64,000 nt of DNA, from positions 1 through 64,000 of IMG/VR virus record IMGVR_UViG_3300049459_000229; one strand, 5' to 3'. The DNA comes from a virus. How positions within the stretch are numbered: position 1 is the first letter of the stretch; every line of letters starts with the position of its first letter. Shown here in pieces: positions 9,210 to 17,505 of this stretch. Position numbers and translations under genes: made by a program. Under the pieces are notes generated by a model that worked only from the letters and a program-made list of their open reading frames with translations, did not search any database and was not told the origin of the DNA.

Positions 9210-10907
9210 TCAGTGCTTGACGCGGAAGCTGCCGAACAGCGGGATGCCGACGAAAGCGATGTCGCGCGACGCGGTCGCCATCAGCTGGCTTGCCACGTGC
9301 AGGTAGCCCAAGGTGTGCATGAAGTGGTCGTTGCCTTCCTTGGATTTCGTCCAGGTGTAGTAGAGCTCCTGGTGCTTGTCGAAGGCCTGGGTGCGCTTCA
9401 TGTCGACCATGTGCAGCTTCCACAGCGTGTCGGTGTGGTCGCCCTGCTCGACCCAGCTGATGGCGCCGGCTTTGTACATGTTCATCACCTCGTCGAAATT
9501 GACGTCGCGGTGGATCTTGGCCTGGTTGATCGGCAGCTTGCCTTCAGCCTCGTTCTTGTCGACCATGACAATCTCATAAGTCGCCAGTTTCAGGCTGCTG
9601 TTGTAGACGGCGCCGTACAGGTTTTTGTCCTGGCCCTGCATCCGGTGCACTAGGTTGGTCTCGGGGAAGGCGTCGACCACGGTGATCAGGACGCGCCACT
9701 TCGCGGCCAGCTCGCGCCGGCGAAGCTCAAGTTTGGCAAGTGGTACCTGCTCGCGGTAGCAGACCAGCAGCCGGTTATCCATCGTACGTCGGCCGATCGC
9801 GATGTGGCAGATTTGACCGACGTCAATGCCCATGGCATGCAGGTCGCCGGTGTGCAGGCTGCCGTTGGTATATTTGCACTTCTCGACGTCGGCGTCGGTC
9901 AGCTGGCTGCTGCCGGCGTCGGCCGTCTCGCCCAGCGCCTGGTTGACAAATTCCGCCCAGGTCTTGTACTTCGTGATCTCGAGGATCAGTGAAGGAATCG
10001 TGACGATCTCCGGCACCTCGAAGGGCGTGACGTAATAGCCGATCGCCTCGAACTGGTCCTGCGGGTTCTCGCAGACCCATTCGCGGTGTTCCGGCGCTAG
10101 GCTGGGTTCTTCGTCGCAGGCCGGGCAGTGCAGGCGCGCCTCGCGCCAGCGCAGCTGGTCGATATTGTGCTTGTTGATGTCGCGGAACTCGCCCGCGTAA
10201 TCCGGAATCTTGACGTGCTTGTGGAAGCTCGGGACGAACTGGGTGCCGCAGTGGTTGCAGGTGCAGGCGCGGCGCATGCGACGCGCGGCCGCCATCTCCA
10301 GCGCGATGCCGCGGCCTTCGGTCGTCGGCGTGCCGAAGCGGCGCGTCAGCTTCCATTTGCTGTGCTTGATGCGCGACTGAAACTGGGCAAGGGTGTCCGG
10401 ATCGCTCCGGTCAACCTCGTCGTGGATCAGCATGTCGGCCGGCACCGACAGCGCGGTGGTCGAGCCGGAGCAGCCGCGCATGTACAGGAGGCTGGTGCCG
10501 ATCGACTTGATGCTGGCGTTGTTCAGGTCCTTGTCGATCGACTCGCGCAAGTCGGGTGACTCGTCGATGATGGGGTCGAGGCGGGTCTTGGTGAAGTTGA
10601 CGGCGTCGTTGGCGAACGGCAGCGTCATGATCACCGAGAAATAGGGCATCACGCGGGAGACCGCCAGCGCGTAGCGCGCCATGCACTCGGACATGCCGAC
10701 CTGGGCGCACTTCTGCACGTACACCGTGCGGCTGGTGTCGGAGATGATGTCCTTCTGGAACTCGTGGTCGACGAACGAGAAGCGGTCGCCCTTGAGGAAG
10801 GTCTTCTCCTCGAGGTAGCGTACGACGTCGTTCAGGTCGTAACTGTTGAACAGCGCCTGCTCAAGGCGCTTCAGGTGCTCGACGAGCGCGGGGTCGGCGT
10901 GGCTCAT
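9210..10907 (-). CDS. terL: Terminase large subunit (lambda GpA-like)
   Basis: KCAQVGMSE Walker A variant, LIHDEVD Walker B, GTPT, CxxC..CxxC zinc insert, GIDVG nuclease motif, NDHFMH. Confidence 0.92.
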   Translation of the reverse strand: MSHADPALVEHLKRLEQALFNSYDLNDVVRYLEEKTFLKGDRFSFVDHEFQKDIISDTSRTVYVQKCAQVGMSECMARYALAVSRVMPYFSVIMTLPFANDAVNFTKTRLDPIIDESPDLRESIDKDLNNASIKSIGTSLLYMRGCSGSTTALSVPADMLIHDEVDRSDPDTLAQFQSRIKHSKWKLTRRFGTPTTEGRGIALEMAAARRMRRACTCNHCGTQFVPSFHKHVKIPDYAGEFRDINKHNIDQLRWREARLHCPACDEEPSLAPEHREWVCENPQDQFEAIGYYVTPFEVPEIVTIPSLILEITKYKTWAEFVNQALGETADAGSSQLTDADVEKCKYTNGSLHTGDLHAMGIDVGQICHIAIGRRTMDNRLLVCYREQVPLAKLELRRRELAAKWRVLITVVDAFPETNLVHRMQGQDKNLYGAVYNSSLKLATYEIVMVDKNEAEGKLPINQAKIHRDVNFDEVMNMYKAGAISWVEQGDHTDTLWKLHMVDMKRTQAFDKHQELYYTWTKSKEGNDHFMHTLGYLHVASQLMATASRDIAFVGIPLFGSFRVKH

Positions 10908-11023
10908 GACGTCCAGAGGGCCGCCAGCGGCCAGAAAACGAAGATGGTGGCCATGAAGGCCAAATAGGTGCTGACCAGGATCCGGCGTGTGCGCGCTGGG
11001 TGCTTGTTGGCTTCGATTCTCAT
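10904..11023 (-). CDS. Small membrane protein (39 aa)
   Basis: MRIEANKHPARTRRILVSTYLAFMATIFVFWPLAALWTS; ATGA overlaps at both ends. Confidence 0.6.
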   Translation of the reverse strand: MRIEANKHPARTRRILVSTYLAFMATIFVFWPLAALWTS

Positions 11024-11466
11024 GCTGCCTCCTCGGCTGGCGTTTCGTCCTCAGCCAGGTACTGGCTGTACAGGTCGAGGAAGCGCTTCTTCATCTCGTC
11101 CGTGCCCAGCAGGTCGAGCACCTTGATGAAGGTGGACTCGAAGCGCTTCAGGCGCTCGGCGTCGTACACCACTTTCTGTTGCTTGACGATGTCCTTCAGC
11201 ATGTTGCCGACGGAATTGAACACCTGCGCGCGCTGGTTCGCCGGTACGCCCTTGTCGTCTTGCACGCTGGCGAGCAGGATCTGACCCGAGCGGTACTGCA
11301 TGCCCAGCTCCTCGGCAAGGTTGAGCTCCTTCAGGTCGAGGTTTAGGCGCTTGTCCAGGCGCAGGCGCAGTGCGATCAGTTCCTCGTCGTCCAGGCCCTC
11401 GAGCGGGTCGTCCTTGGCCTTGCCGGCCTTGCCGGCCTTGCTCATCGAGTAGTCTTTGATGGCCAT
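11020..11466 (-). CDS. Terminase small subunit (putative)
   Basis: 148 aa helical protein upstream of terL. Confidence 0.65.
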   Translation of the reverse strand: MAIKDYSMSKAGKAGKAKDDPLEGLDDEELIALRLRLDKRLNLDLKELNLAEELGMQYRSGQILLASVQDDKGVPANQRAQVFNSVGNMLKDIVKQQKVVYDAERLKRFESTFIKVLDLLGTDEMKKRFLDLYSQYLAEDETPAEEAA

Positions 11467-11609
11467 TAGATGGTCCCCAGGAATTTGAAGATGTCGCGGG
11501 CGGCGACCGCCAGATTGGCCAGCACCCAGCTGCAGATCATGACGATGACTGTGCCGACCACGGTGATCGCCACCATGACGCTGGCGTTCGGGCTGCGCTG
11601 GATGCTCAT
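11466..11609 (-). CDS. Small membrane protein (47 aa)
   Basis: MSIQRSPNASVMVAITVVGTVIVMICSWVLANL...; one TM helix; overlaps both neighbours. Confidence 0.6.
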   Translation of the reverse strand: MSIQRSPNASVMVAITVVGTVIVMICSWVLANLAVAARDIFKFLGTI

Positions 11610-11893
11610 AGGCCGGCCTTGATGCGGTAGATGGTGCGCTCGCTGCAGTGGGCAGCTTTGGCGGCTGCCTTCACCGGCATGGTCGCCGCGGCGTTGCGGC
11701 GGAATTCGGCGCGCTGTTCGCGTAGCTCTTTGCTGCTGGGGGCGCGCACGAGATCCTCGCGCTTGACGCCCATGCGCGCGAAGGTGCGGCAAACGTAGGT
11801 TTCATTGGTGCCGAGCAGGCGCGCGACCTCGCGGCCGGTGATTTCCCGGCGGCGCCATCGGTCGATGTAGGGTTTGAGGTCGTCGCGTAGCAT
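11606..11893 (-). CDS. Double helix-turn-helix DNA-binding protein
   Basis: TGREVARLLGTNETYVCR and PVKAAAKAAHCSERTIYR, two HTH signatures. Confidence 0.75.
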   Translation of the reverse strand: MLRDDLKPYIDRWRRREITGREVARLLGTNETYVCRTFARMGVKREDLVRAPSSKELREQRAEFRRNAAATMPVKAAAKAAHCSERTIYRIKAGL

Positions 11894-11929
11894 GCAATAA
11901 GTATGCCACGAAGCAAAGTTTTTGCCTAG

Positions 11930-12075
11930 AAACTGTGGAAAATAGGTAAAAATTTTGAAAAATTTCAGAAAATTACTGAAAAATCAGTAACTTATGTGGA
12001 AAGTTATGTAATTTATTTGAAAAGTTTGAAAATGGATTGGATATTTTTGGGGGCCCAGGAGCCGGCGCCGGCCTG
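11930..12075. other. AT-rich phased A-tract region; candidate packaging (cos/pac) site or genome terminus
   Basis: A4-5 tracts about every 10 bp; inverted repeats TTACTGA/TCAGTAA and TAACTT/AAGTTA; then a GC-rich palindrome; upstream of terminase genes at the strand switch. Confidence 0.5.
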
Positions 12076-12227
12076 CTTGCTACCAGGAAAGTGTACCCGT
12101 CCACACGCATCAAAACGACGCCTGCGCCGCCCTCTTTCCTGACGGCCGCACCGTCGTCCGAAATCCGCGCGTCACCTAGGCTGTTCTGGCGCGTTTAAAC
12201 CACATTGCAGTTAAGCAATATCCGAAG

Positions 12228-12262
12228 TGGTCCAACCAATTACGACAATTGGTCCAACCAAT
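12228..12262 (+). repeat. 13-bp direct repeat TGGTCCAACCAAT x2
   Basis: Copies at 12228-12240 and 12250-12262, 22-bp period. Confidence 0.9.
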
Positions 12263-12269
12263 CACCACA

Positions 12270-12285
12270 TGGCACGATTCTTGCC
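12270..12285 (+). promoter_or_regulatory. sigma54 -24/-12 promoter, sense to first rightward gene
   Basis: TGGCACgattcTTGCC, about 140 nt upstream of ATG 12423. Confidence 0.65.
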
Positions 12286-12422
12286 CATACGCCGGCATAG
12301 CCATCATCTATCAATAACCAGGTTCTGATTAATAAATGCAACTGTCCAGTATCACAGGTAATTGATAATATGGAGTCTCAGTAGTGCCCATTCATCAGCT
12401 GTTCACCCATAGGAGATACACC

Positions 12423-13181
12423 ATGAAAGCCACCCAATCCCGCGCTGTTGCCATGTCCGATGTGTTTCGCGCTGTCGCCGGTTCCGCCGAAGCGCAATTC
12501 GACCTGATCGCCTGCACGGTCTATTCCGCTGCCTACTCCATCATGCAGGCTGGCAACAAAACCCAGTTCAACAAGCTGGCTGCTGACGCCGCCATGTACG
12601 GCGTCGCTACCACGGAATCACGCAAGCTGGTGCGCGGCGTGCTCGGCATCAAGACCATGAACAGCGCCGCCAAGCACTTCGAAAAGGTGTACTTCGCAAT
12701 CCACGCCACGCTGGCCGCGTTCCCTGCGCCGGAACTGATCAAGGACCTGCCGCGTAGCAAGGACGCGCAATTCGCCATTCTTGACCCGCTGGCGTCCGGC
12801 TACGCGGACCAGTTCACAGCCAATTTTACAACGATCATGCTGACTCCGGCGCGTACCGCTGACGAGCAGGCCGAAGCGGATGCCGCGCGCATCGCCAAGA
12901 AAGCCGAGAAAGAGGCCGAAGCGGCGCGCGCCGCCAAGGTTGCCGAGCGTGAGGCCCGCAAGTCGTTGGACGCCACGATCGCGGCACGCGTGGAACAGGC
13001 AGTGGACAAGGCGACCGCACCCGACACCATGGCGCGCACCGTGGCCGATATGCTGGTGGCCGGTTCGCTGTCGGCTGAGCTCGAAGCCATGCTGATCGAA
13101 GCGGCGCGCACCCGCGAAACCGCCGTGCTGCTGGCGCGTGTCGCCAGCACCGCACCCGAAACCGAAACCGAAGCGGCCTGA
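12423..13181 (+). CDS. Hypothetical Ala-rich coiled-coil protein
   Basis: SD AGGAG then MKATQ; strong codon bias; first rightward gene. Confidence 0.85.
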   Translation: MKATQSRAVAMSDVFRAVAGSAEAQFDLIACTVYSAAYSIMQAGNKTQFNKLAADAAMYGVATTESRKLVRGVLGIKTMNSAAKHFEKVYFAIHATLAAFPAPELIKDLPRSKDAQFAILDPLASGYADQFTANFTTIMLTPARTADEQAEADAARIAKKAEKEAEAARAAKVAEREARKSLDATIAARVEQAVDKATAPDTMARTVADMLVAGSLSAELEAMLIEAARTRETAVLLARVASTAPETETEAA

Positions 13182-13184
13182 ATC

Positions 13185-13615
13185 CCGCGCCCCTACAGGG
13201 GCGCTTATCTAAGCCTATCACGGCTTAGATAAGCGTCACTGCGCGCGCCCCTACACAACGCTAGGGACCAGCGCGCGCACCGTCGGATTGCTTGCTTGGA
13301 CAGCGTCTATTCGCGTTCTCGCAGGCGGTATCTTCGGAACCCGGTCTATAACAACGTGCCTACCTGAAACCCGAATCCGTGAATTCGTTTCGGTATTGAT
13401 TCGTCCCGTCTTTTCGGTGCACGTGCCCTTATCGCTTCGCCCTATACCGGAATCGGCAGCAGGACGGCCATGGTAGTAAATAACGGGCTTAGAAAGCCCG
13501 GCAGCGATGAGCTGAGCCGCTTTGGCAAGTGGTGGCGCCTTTCCCGGCGCGAATAGGGAAAGGAAATACCTTGCAGACTGGCTCGGACCGTTGTTACGGT
13601 CCGTTTCGGGTTGCA
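13185..13615 (+). ncRNA. Candidate structured non-coding RNA/leader
   Basis: About 430 nt without a credible ORF; at least 7 stem-loops including a 14-bp perfect stem. Confidence 0.35.
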
Positions 13616-13637
13616 CGGCTATTTCTTGGAGAATCAG

Positions 13638-13820
13638 ATGAAAATGACACCATTGAGAATGGCGGCGTTTCAATTCGCAGCCAGTGCCGGATATACAGGC
13701 TATGAGGTGCGGCTAGCTGAAAGCAAACGTGGCAGCGCTTACGATGTGTTTGTACGCATGCCCGGCGCCGTACGTGGGAAGAAAATAGGCGCAATTCTGC
13801 TGCGCATGGTGTATCCATGA
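13638..13820 (+). CDS. Hypothetical protein
   Basis: SD GGAG, MKMTPLR; coupled to next ORF. Confidence 0.6.
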   Translation: MKMTPLRMAAFQFAASAGYTGYEVRLAESKRGSAYDVFVRMPGAVRGKKIGAILLRMVYP

Positions 13821-14119
13821 GCAGGAAGACAATTTCGGTTCCAATAAAAACGGACCTAAAAATTAAAATGTCAGAATTAATTAAAATTCTGCCAAAACCG
13901 CATCCCTGTATCATCCCTCAGCCAGCGATAGAAACGCGTTCCCGCCTGTTCGATCCTGAGATTATTGAGGTGCCGAAACGCAAAAAGCCTGGCCGTGTCA
14001 GGCAGGTAGAGAAAGGCACGATGAATATCGCGATGCCTGAATTGCGTAAAGGCACGATGAATCGTCCGGATAAGTCGCAGCAAATCACCAAATTAACTTT
14101 CGCCTGGAGTGCAGCATGA
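13817..14119 (+). CDS. Basic hypothetical protein
   Basis: ATGA-coupled; AT-richer; internal duplicated KGTMN (AAAGGCACGATGAAT x2). Confidence 0.55.
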   Translation: MSRKTISVPIKTDLKIKMSELIKILPKPHPCIIPQPAIETRSRLFDPEIIEVPKRKKPGRVRQVEKGTMNIAMPELRKGTMNRPDKSQQITKLTFAWSAA

Positions 14120-14286
14120 ATTACACCGCACGCAAATCGCTTGCCAAAGACCGCACCAGCATGCCCTTCGTGGTCGAGCACGCATCCGGCCGCATCGTCG
14201 CCACCTGCAAGACTTGGGCTGATGCGATCAACGAACGCAACCGCTTCAATGCCATGGAGCTGTTCGCCAAGTTGGCCGAGGCATAA
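14116..14286 (+). CDS. Hypothetical protein (56 aa)
   Basis: MNYTARKSLAKDRTSMPFVVEHASGRIVATC...; SD GGAG; ATGA overlap. Confidence 0.65.
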   Translation: MNYTARKSLAKDRTSMPFVVEHASGRIVATCKTWADAINERNRFNAMELFAKLAEA

Positions 14287-14293
14287 GAATTTC

Positions 14294-15034
14294 TTATACC
14301 CCCTGCCAGACCGAGCCGTCAGGCAAGATCGCATCGACCCGCGAGGTTGAAGCGTTGAAAAGAAACGCCACGGCGCCGGCCAGCACGGCCTTGATGCGCA
14401 CCCGGTAATCATCGGCCACGTGGCAGGCAACCGGGATATGCATCCATGCATCGTTGTACCAGTGCCACTCGCGGCCCGGAATCGCCTTGGGCCGCGCCGG
14501 GCGCACCGGGCGCTCATGCTCCGGACGCGCAGCAGGTACCAGTTCAGGCTTGTACTGCGCCAGCTCGGCAAGGTGTTGCGCGCGCAGCTCGCGCTGTACC
14601 GTCTCCAGCCTGAGGACGTAGGCATAGTCCTTCAGGTAGAAGTCTCGCGCCATGTCTTCCCAGTCCTTGCGGCACAGTCGGCTATTGATGTGCAGCCGCG
14701 TGCTCAGGGGGTGCTTGAGCAGGTTTCCCACCACGGTCTCGCAGTAGCGCAAGCGTTTAATGCGCGCCGGGTAGAGATTATCCTGGGAGAAATCGAAAGG
14801 GTCTTCCGAGAGCTGCACGATGGGAAACTCCGGCCAGTTGCCATAGATCAGGCACCACGCGATCGAGGTGCCGAGGAGCTTCTCAGTCTTGAACAAAGTG
14901 ACAACTTGTTTGCCGTCCCGGCTCTTGAGCAAGGTGGCGCTGCCTGTCGTAAGTTTGCGGTACAGCTTCGAGCCTTCCAGCACGAAATACTTATGCACTT
15001 GTTCCGGGGGCAACAGATTGTTGAGATTCAGCAT
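14294..15034 (-). CDS. Degenerate HNH homing-endonuclease-like protein
   Basis: Start MLNLNN (SD AGGAG); IAWCLIYGNWPEFPIVQLSEDPFDFSQDNL aligns with the phage HNH motif but lacks His/Asn ligands. Confidence 0.6.
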   Translation of the reverse strand: MLNLNNLLPPEQVHKYFVLEGSKLYRKLTTGSATLLKSRDGKQVVTLFKTEKLLGTSIAWCLIYGNWPEFPIVQLSEDPFDFSQDNLYPARIKRLRYCETVVGNLLKHPLSTRLHINSRLCRKDWEDMARDFYLKDYAYVLRLETVQRELRAQHLAELAQYKPELVPAARPEHERPVRPARPKAIPGREWHWYNDAWMHIPVACHVADDYRVRIKAVLAGAVAFLFNASTSRVDAILPDGSVWQGV

Positions 15035-15059
15035 GGCAAGCTCCTGTAGTTGAGCTAGA

Positions 15060-15545
15060 ACTATACCATAGAATTCGTGTGCGCCCAAGGGTCTCTCATA
15101 GTAGGGCCACCTCACCAAAAGTAACTCTATATTTCAGTAAAAATTTTCTGTTCCTGTAGAGGGGGGTGGGGGGTAAATTCGTGTTTTTCAAAAGTACGTT
15201 TCTGTACCCTTATTTCTTCTCCAGCAAAAATCTCAAATTGGGGGGGGGGGGGTCTCTACGGAAAACGGCCCTCTAGATTACAACTTAACCCTAAGGTAAT
15301 TCCAGAAAACACGCAAAATTACCTACCCTCAAATAAGTGAAATGTGAGGTTGTGGTAAGTTACCTGTAAGGTCATCCGCGCATTTAAGTTACAAATTGCA
15401 ACTCTGCTATCACTATAAGTGAAACTGTAAGTTGCTTGGGTGAAACATTCTGAATTACCAGATTCTGCCACTTATTCTGTGCTCTTATTTTCCGAAAATT
15501 CCAGTGCCTCGTCCGATCTTTAATTTTTACAGTTCACTTAAATCT
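15060..15545. other. AT-rich divergent intergenic region with G-tracts and iteron-like repeats; candidate origin/early promoter region
   Basis: G6TG6 at 15161-15173, G13 at 15240-15252, ATAAGTGAAA x2, inverted TTCACTTA. Confidence 0.45.
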
Positions 15546-15716
15546 ATGTTCCCTCTATTCAAGCGCATCACCCTCAAGGACGTTCAAAGACAGGACATCG
15601 CTGAGCTCGAACTCGCCCTGCACAACGCCCAGCTCAGCCTCGAGCGGCAGCAAGCCGACGTCGCCCGCCTCCAGACCTCCCTTGCCCGCCTGAAAGCCGA
15701 ACATGCGAACCCGTGA
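15546..15716 (+). CDS. Small coiled-coil protein
   Basis: MFPLFKR start; first ORF of early array. Confidence 0.7.
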   Translation: MFPLFKRITLKDVQRQDIAELELALHNAQLSLERQQADVARLQTSLARLKAEHANP

Positions 15717-15993
15717 GATCGAAGCCCTCCTCGACGTCGCCCACCACAAAGCAGCCGAGCTTGCCGCCCAGGAGATACGGCACCACTTGCGCCCCTTCAA
15801 CCTCAAGCGCCACCCGCTCGGATACAGCAACATCCCGACGCTGGGCCATGACTCGAACTGCCTGACCTTGGGCGATGTGCCTTACTGGTACTGGACCTAC
15901 GCCCACCCTGCCTGCCAGGCTGTGCGCGAGGCCGGTGAGTACGCCTCCCGCCTGCCGGCCGAAGTCCAACACCGCCTCAAGGAGCACCTATGA
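15703..15993 (+). CDS. Hypothetical protein
   Basis: Coupled co-directional array. Confidence 0.7.
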   Translation: MRTREIEALLDVAHHKAAELAAQEIRHHLRPFNLKRHPLGYSNIPTLGHDSNCLTLGDVPYWYWTYAHPACQAVREAGEYASRLPAEVQHRLKEHL

Positions 15994-16208
15994 GCACCGC
16001 CATGCAGCTCCGCATCCTCAACCACGCCCGCGTCAAGATCGAGGAAGGCCAAACCCTTGCGCAAGCGCTGGACGACATCGCCGCCGCCGACCACCGGCGC
16101 CGCATCCAGACCCTGTGCGCAGGCCTGAAAGCGAAAAGCCCGATCCCCGCCGCAGACAGCCTCAAGCTTGTCGACGCGATCATCAAAGAACTGAAAGGCA
16201 GGCCATGA
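15990..16208 (+). CDS. Hypothetical protein
   Basis: SD AAGGAG; coupled array. Confidence 0.75.
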   Translation: MSTAMQLRILNHARVKIEEGQTLAQALDDIAAADHRRRIQTLCAGLKAKSPIPAADSLKLVDAIIKELKGRP

Positions 16209-16492
16209 ACACCTTCCCCGAACTGCACGCCCATTTCGACAGCCTCGACGCCGACCTGGTCAATGCGTGGCGCCTTACCCTGGCCGGCTTCGACATGACC
16301 CAGACCACCGGCATGCCTGACGCCGTCTTCAACGCGATCGCTTTCGCACACGCCAACGACCTGGCCCAGTTCGTGGGCACGCCGGAATTCACCGAGGCGG
16401 TGACCGAGCAGTTCGGCGAGTTCTTCGCCCAGTTGTGCGGCGCGCCCACCATCAGCACCGCCACCCTCAGCCACACCAGCGTCTGCTGGTAA
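16205..16492 (+). CDS. Hypothetical protein
   Basis: Start MNTFPEL via ATGA overlap. Confidence 0.7.
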   Translation: MNTFPELHAHFDSLDADLVNAWRLTLAGFDMTQTTGMPDAVFNAIAFAHANDLAQFVGTPEFTEAVTEQFGEFFAQLCGAPTISTATLSHTSVCW

Positions 16493-16508
16493 TTGAAAGG
16501 AAAGCAAC

Positions 16509-16985
16509 ATGACCGCCACCGCTTTCGGCGCCCGCCGCATCGCCGAGCTGGAGTCCCGGCTCGCGGCTGCAAACCAACAACTCGCCGTCACCCGCCTGTC
16601 GCTCGCAGCCGCCCAACGCCTTGCAGGCAGTCTGCAAGACCAGATCGATTCCATTGGCCGTCCGCGCGATGCTGTGGCCCTGCCGGCCGACACCGTCGAA
16701 GACATTGCGCTGCGGCTGCGTGCCGACCAGATCGACTATAGCAAGTGCTTCGGCATGACCACCAGCGTGCTGACCGAGCTGACCGAGCGACTCAAGGAGC
16801 CTGACTTCGAGCGCCTGAGCACCTTGCGCATGAGCGAGATAAGCGAGACCGAGCAGGCTGACGCCTTGGAAGGCTGGCTTCGCGCCAACGTGCGCTACTT
16901 CGATCTACCGATCGCCAGATACGGCGCCACCAACCACATCGAATTCCTCCTCCGCCGCATCGACTACCTCCGGAAAGGCAAATGA
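16509..16985 (+). CDS. Hypothetical protein
   Basis: SD AAGGA; N-terminal coiled coil. Confidence 0.75.
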   Translation: MTATAFGARRIAELESRLAAANQQLAVTRLSLAAAQRLAGSLQDQIDSIGRPRDAVALPADTVEDIALRLRADQIDYSKCFGMTTSVLTELTERLKEPDFERLSTLRMSEISETEQADALEGWLRANVRYFDLPIARYGATNHIEFLLRRIDYLRKGK

Positions 16986-17329
16986 TGCTCACCAAACAAC
17001 ATCTCCCCATCCTGCTCAAGGCGCGCGAGCTGGTCGATAACGGCCATGACTACTTCATCTGCCACGCAATCAAGCGCGCTGGATCGCTCCTCGACATGCA
17101 TGTCGCAGCCCGGCAGGCGCACCAATACATCAAGCATGAGGTAGGCCTCGGCACCCTGGCAGGCTGGGTGATGGACGACATGACCACGAGACTCGGTGAG
17201 CGCGCCATCACCAACAAGTTCGGCCACCTTGTCGAGCCCTACCTGGTAACGCTGATCAGCAACGGCAACCAGCTCGCCCGGCTTGCCTGGCTCGACAAGA
17301 TGATCCACGACATCGAGGCCCAGCCATGA
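16982..17329 (+). CDS. Hypothetical protein
   Basis: Coupled; FICHAI and ARLAWLD motifs recur in phage proteins. Confidence 0.75.
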   Translation: MMLTKQHLPILLKARELVDNGHDYFICHAIKRAGSLLDMHVAARQAHQYIKHEVGLGTLAGWVMDDMTTRLGERAITNKFGHLVEPYLVTLISNGNQLARLAWLDKMIHDIEAQP

Positions 17330-17505
17330 CCAGTGAAGACCTCCTGATCGAGCAAGCCCAGGAGCTTGGGTTCGAAATCGTAAAGGACACCGAATCCGAC
17401 TACTACATGTTCAAGGCCTTGTTCTGGGTCGAGGACAGCCCCGCTATTTTCGATACGCCGGCCGAAGCCGCCGCACGTGTCATTTTTCTGTATGGAGAAG
17501 CCTGA
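17326..17505 (+). CDS. Hypothetical protein (59 aa)
   Basis: MTSEDLLIEQAQELGFEIV...; overlaps both neighbours. Confidence 0.65.
   Translation: MTSEDLLIEQAQELGFEIVKDTESDYYMFKALFWVEDSPAIFDTPAEAAARVIFLYGEA

Noticed and set aside
7457-9220. 587-aa plus-strand ORF (likewise 3819..5234, 42575..44932, 51546..53276, 53352..54839, 58451..60385, 60413..61777)
   Set aside because: Antisense shadows of real genes, expected with high GC3 codon bias; no motifs or RBS.
12228-12262. Direct repeats as a mini CRISPR array
   Set aside because: Only two 13-bp copies with a 9-bp spacer; no cas genes.
13288-13476. 62-aa TTG-start ORF (and 13251..13673 minus) in the hairpin region
   Set aside because: No SD, atypical codon usage, no coupling to neighbours; region better explained as non-coding.
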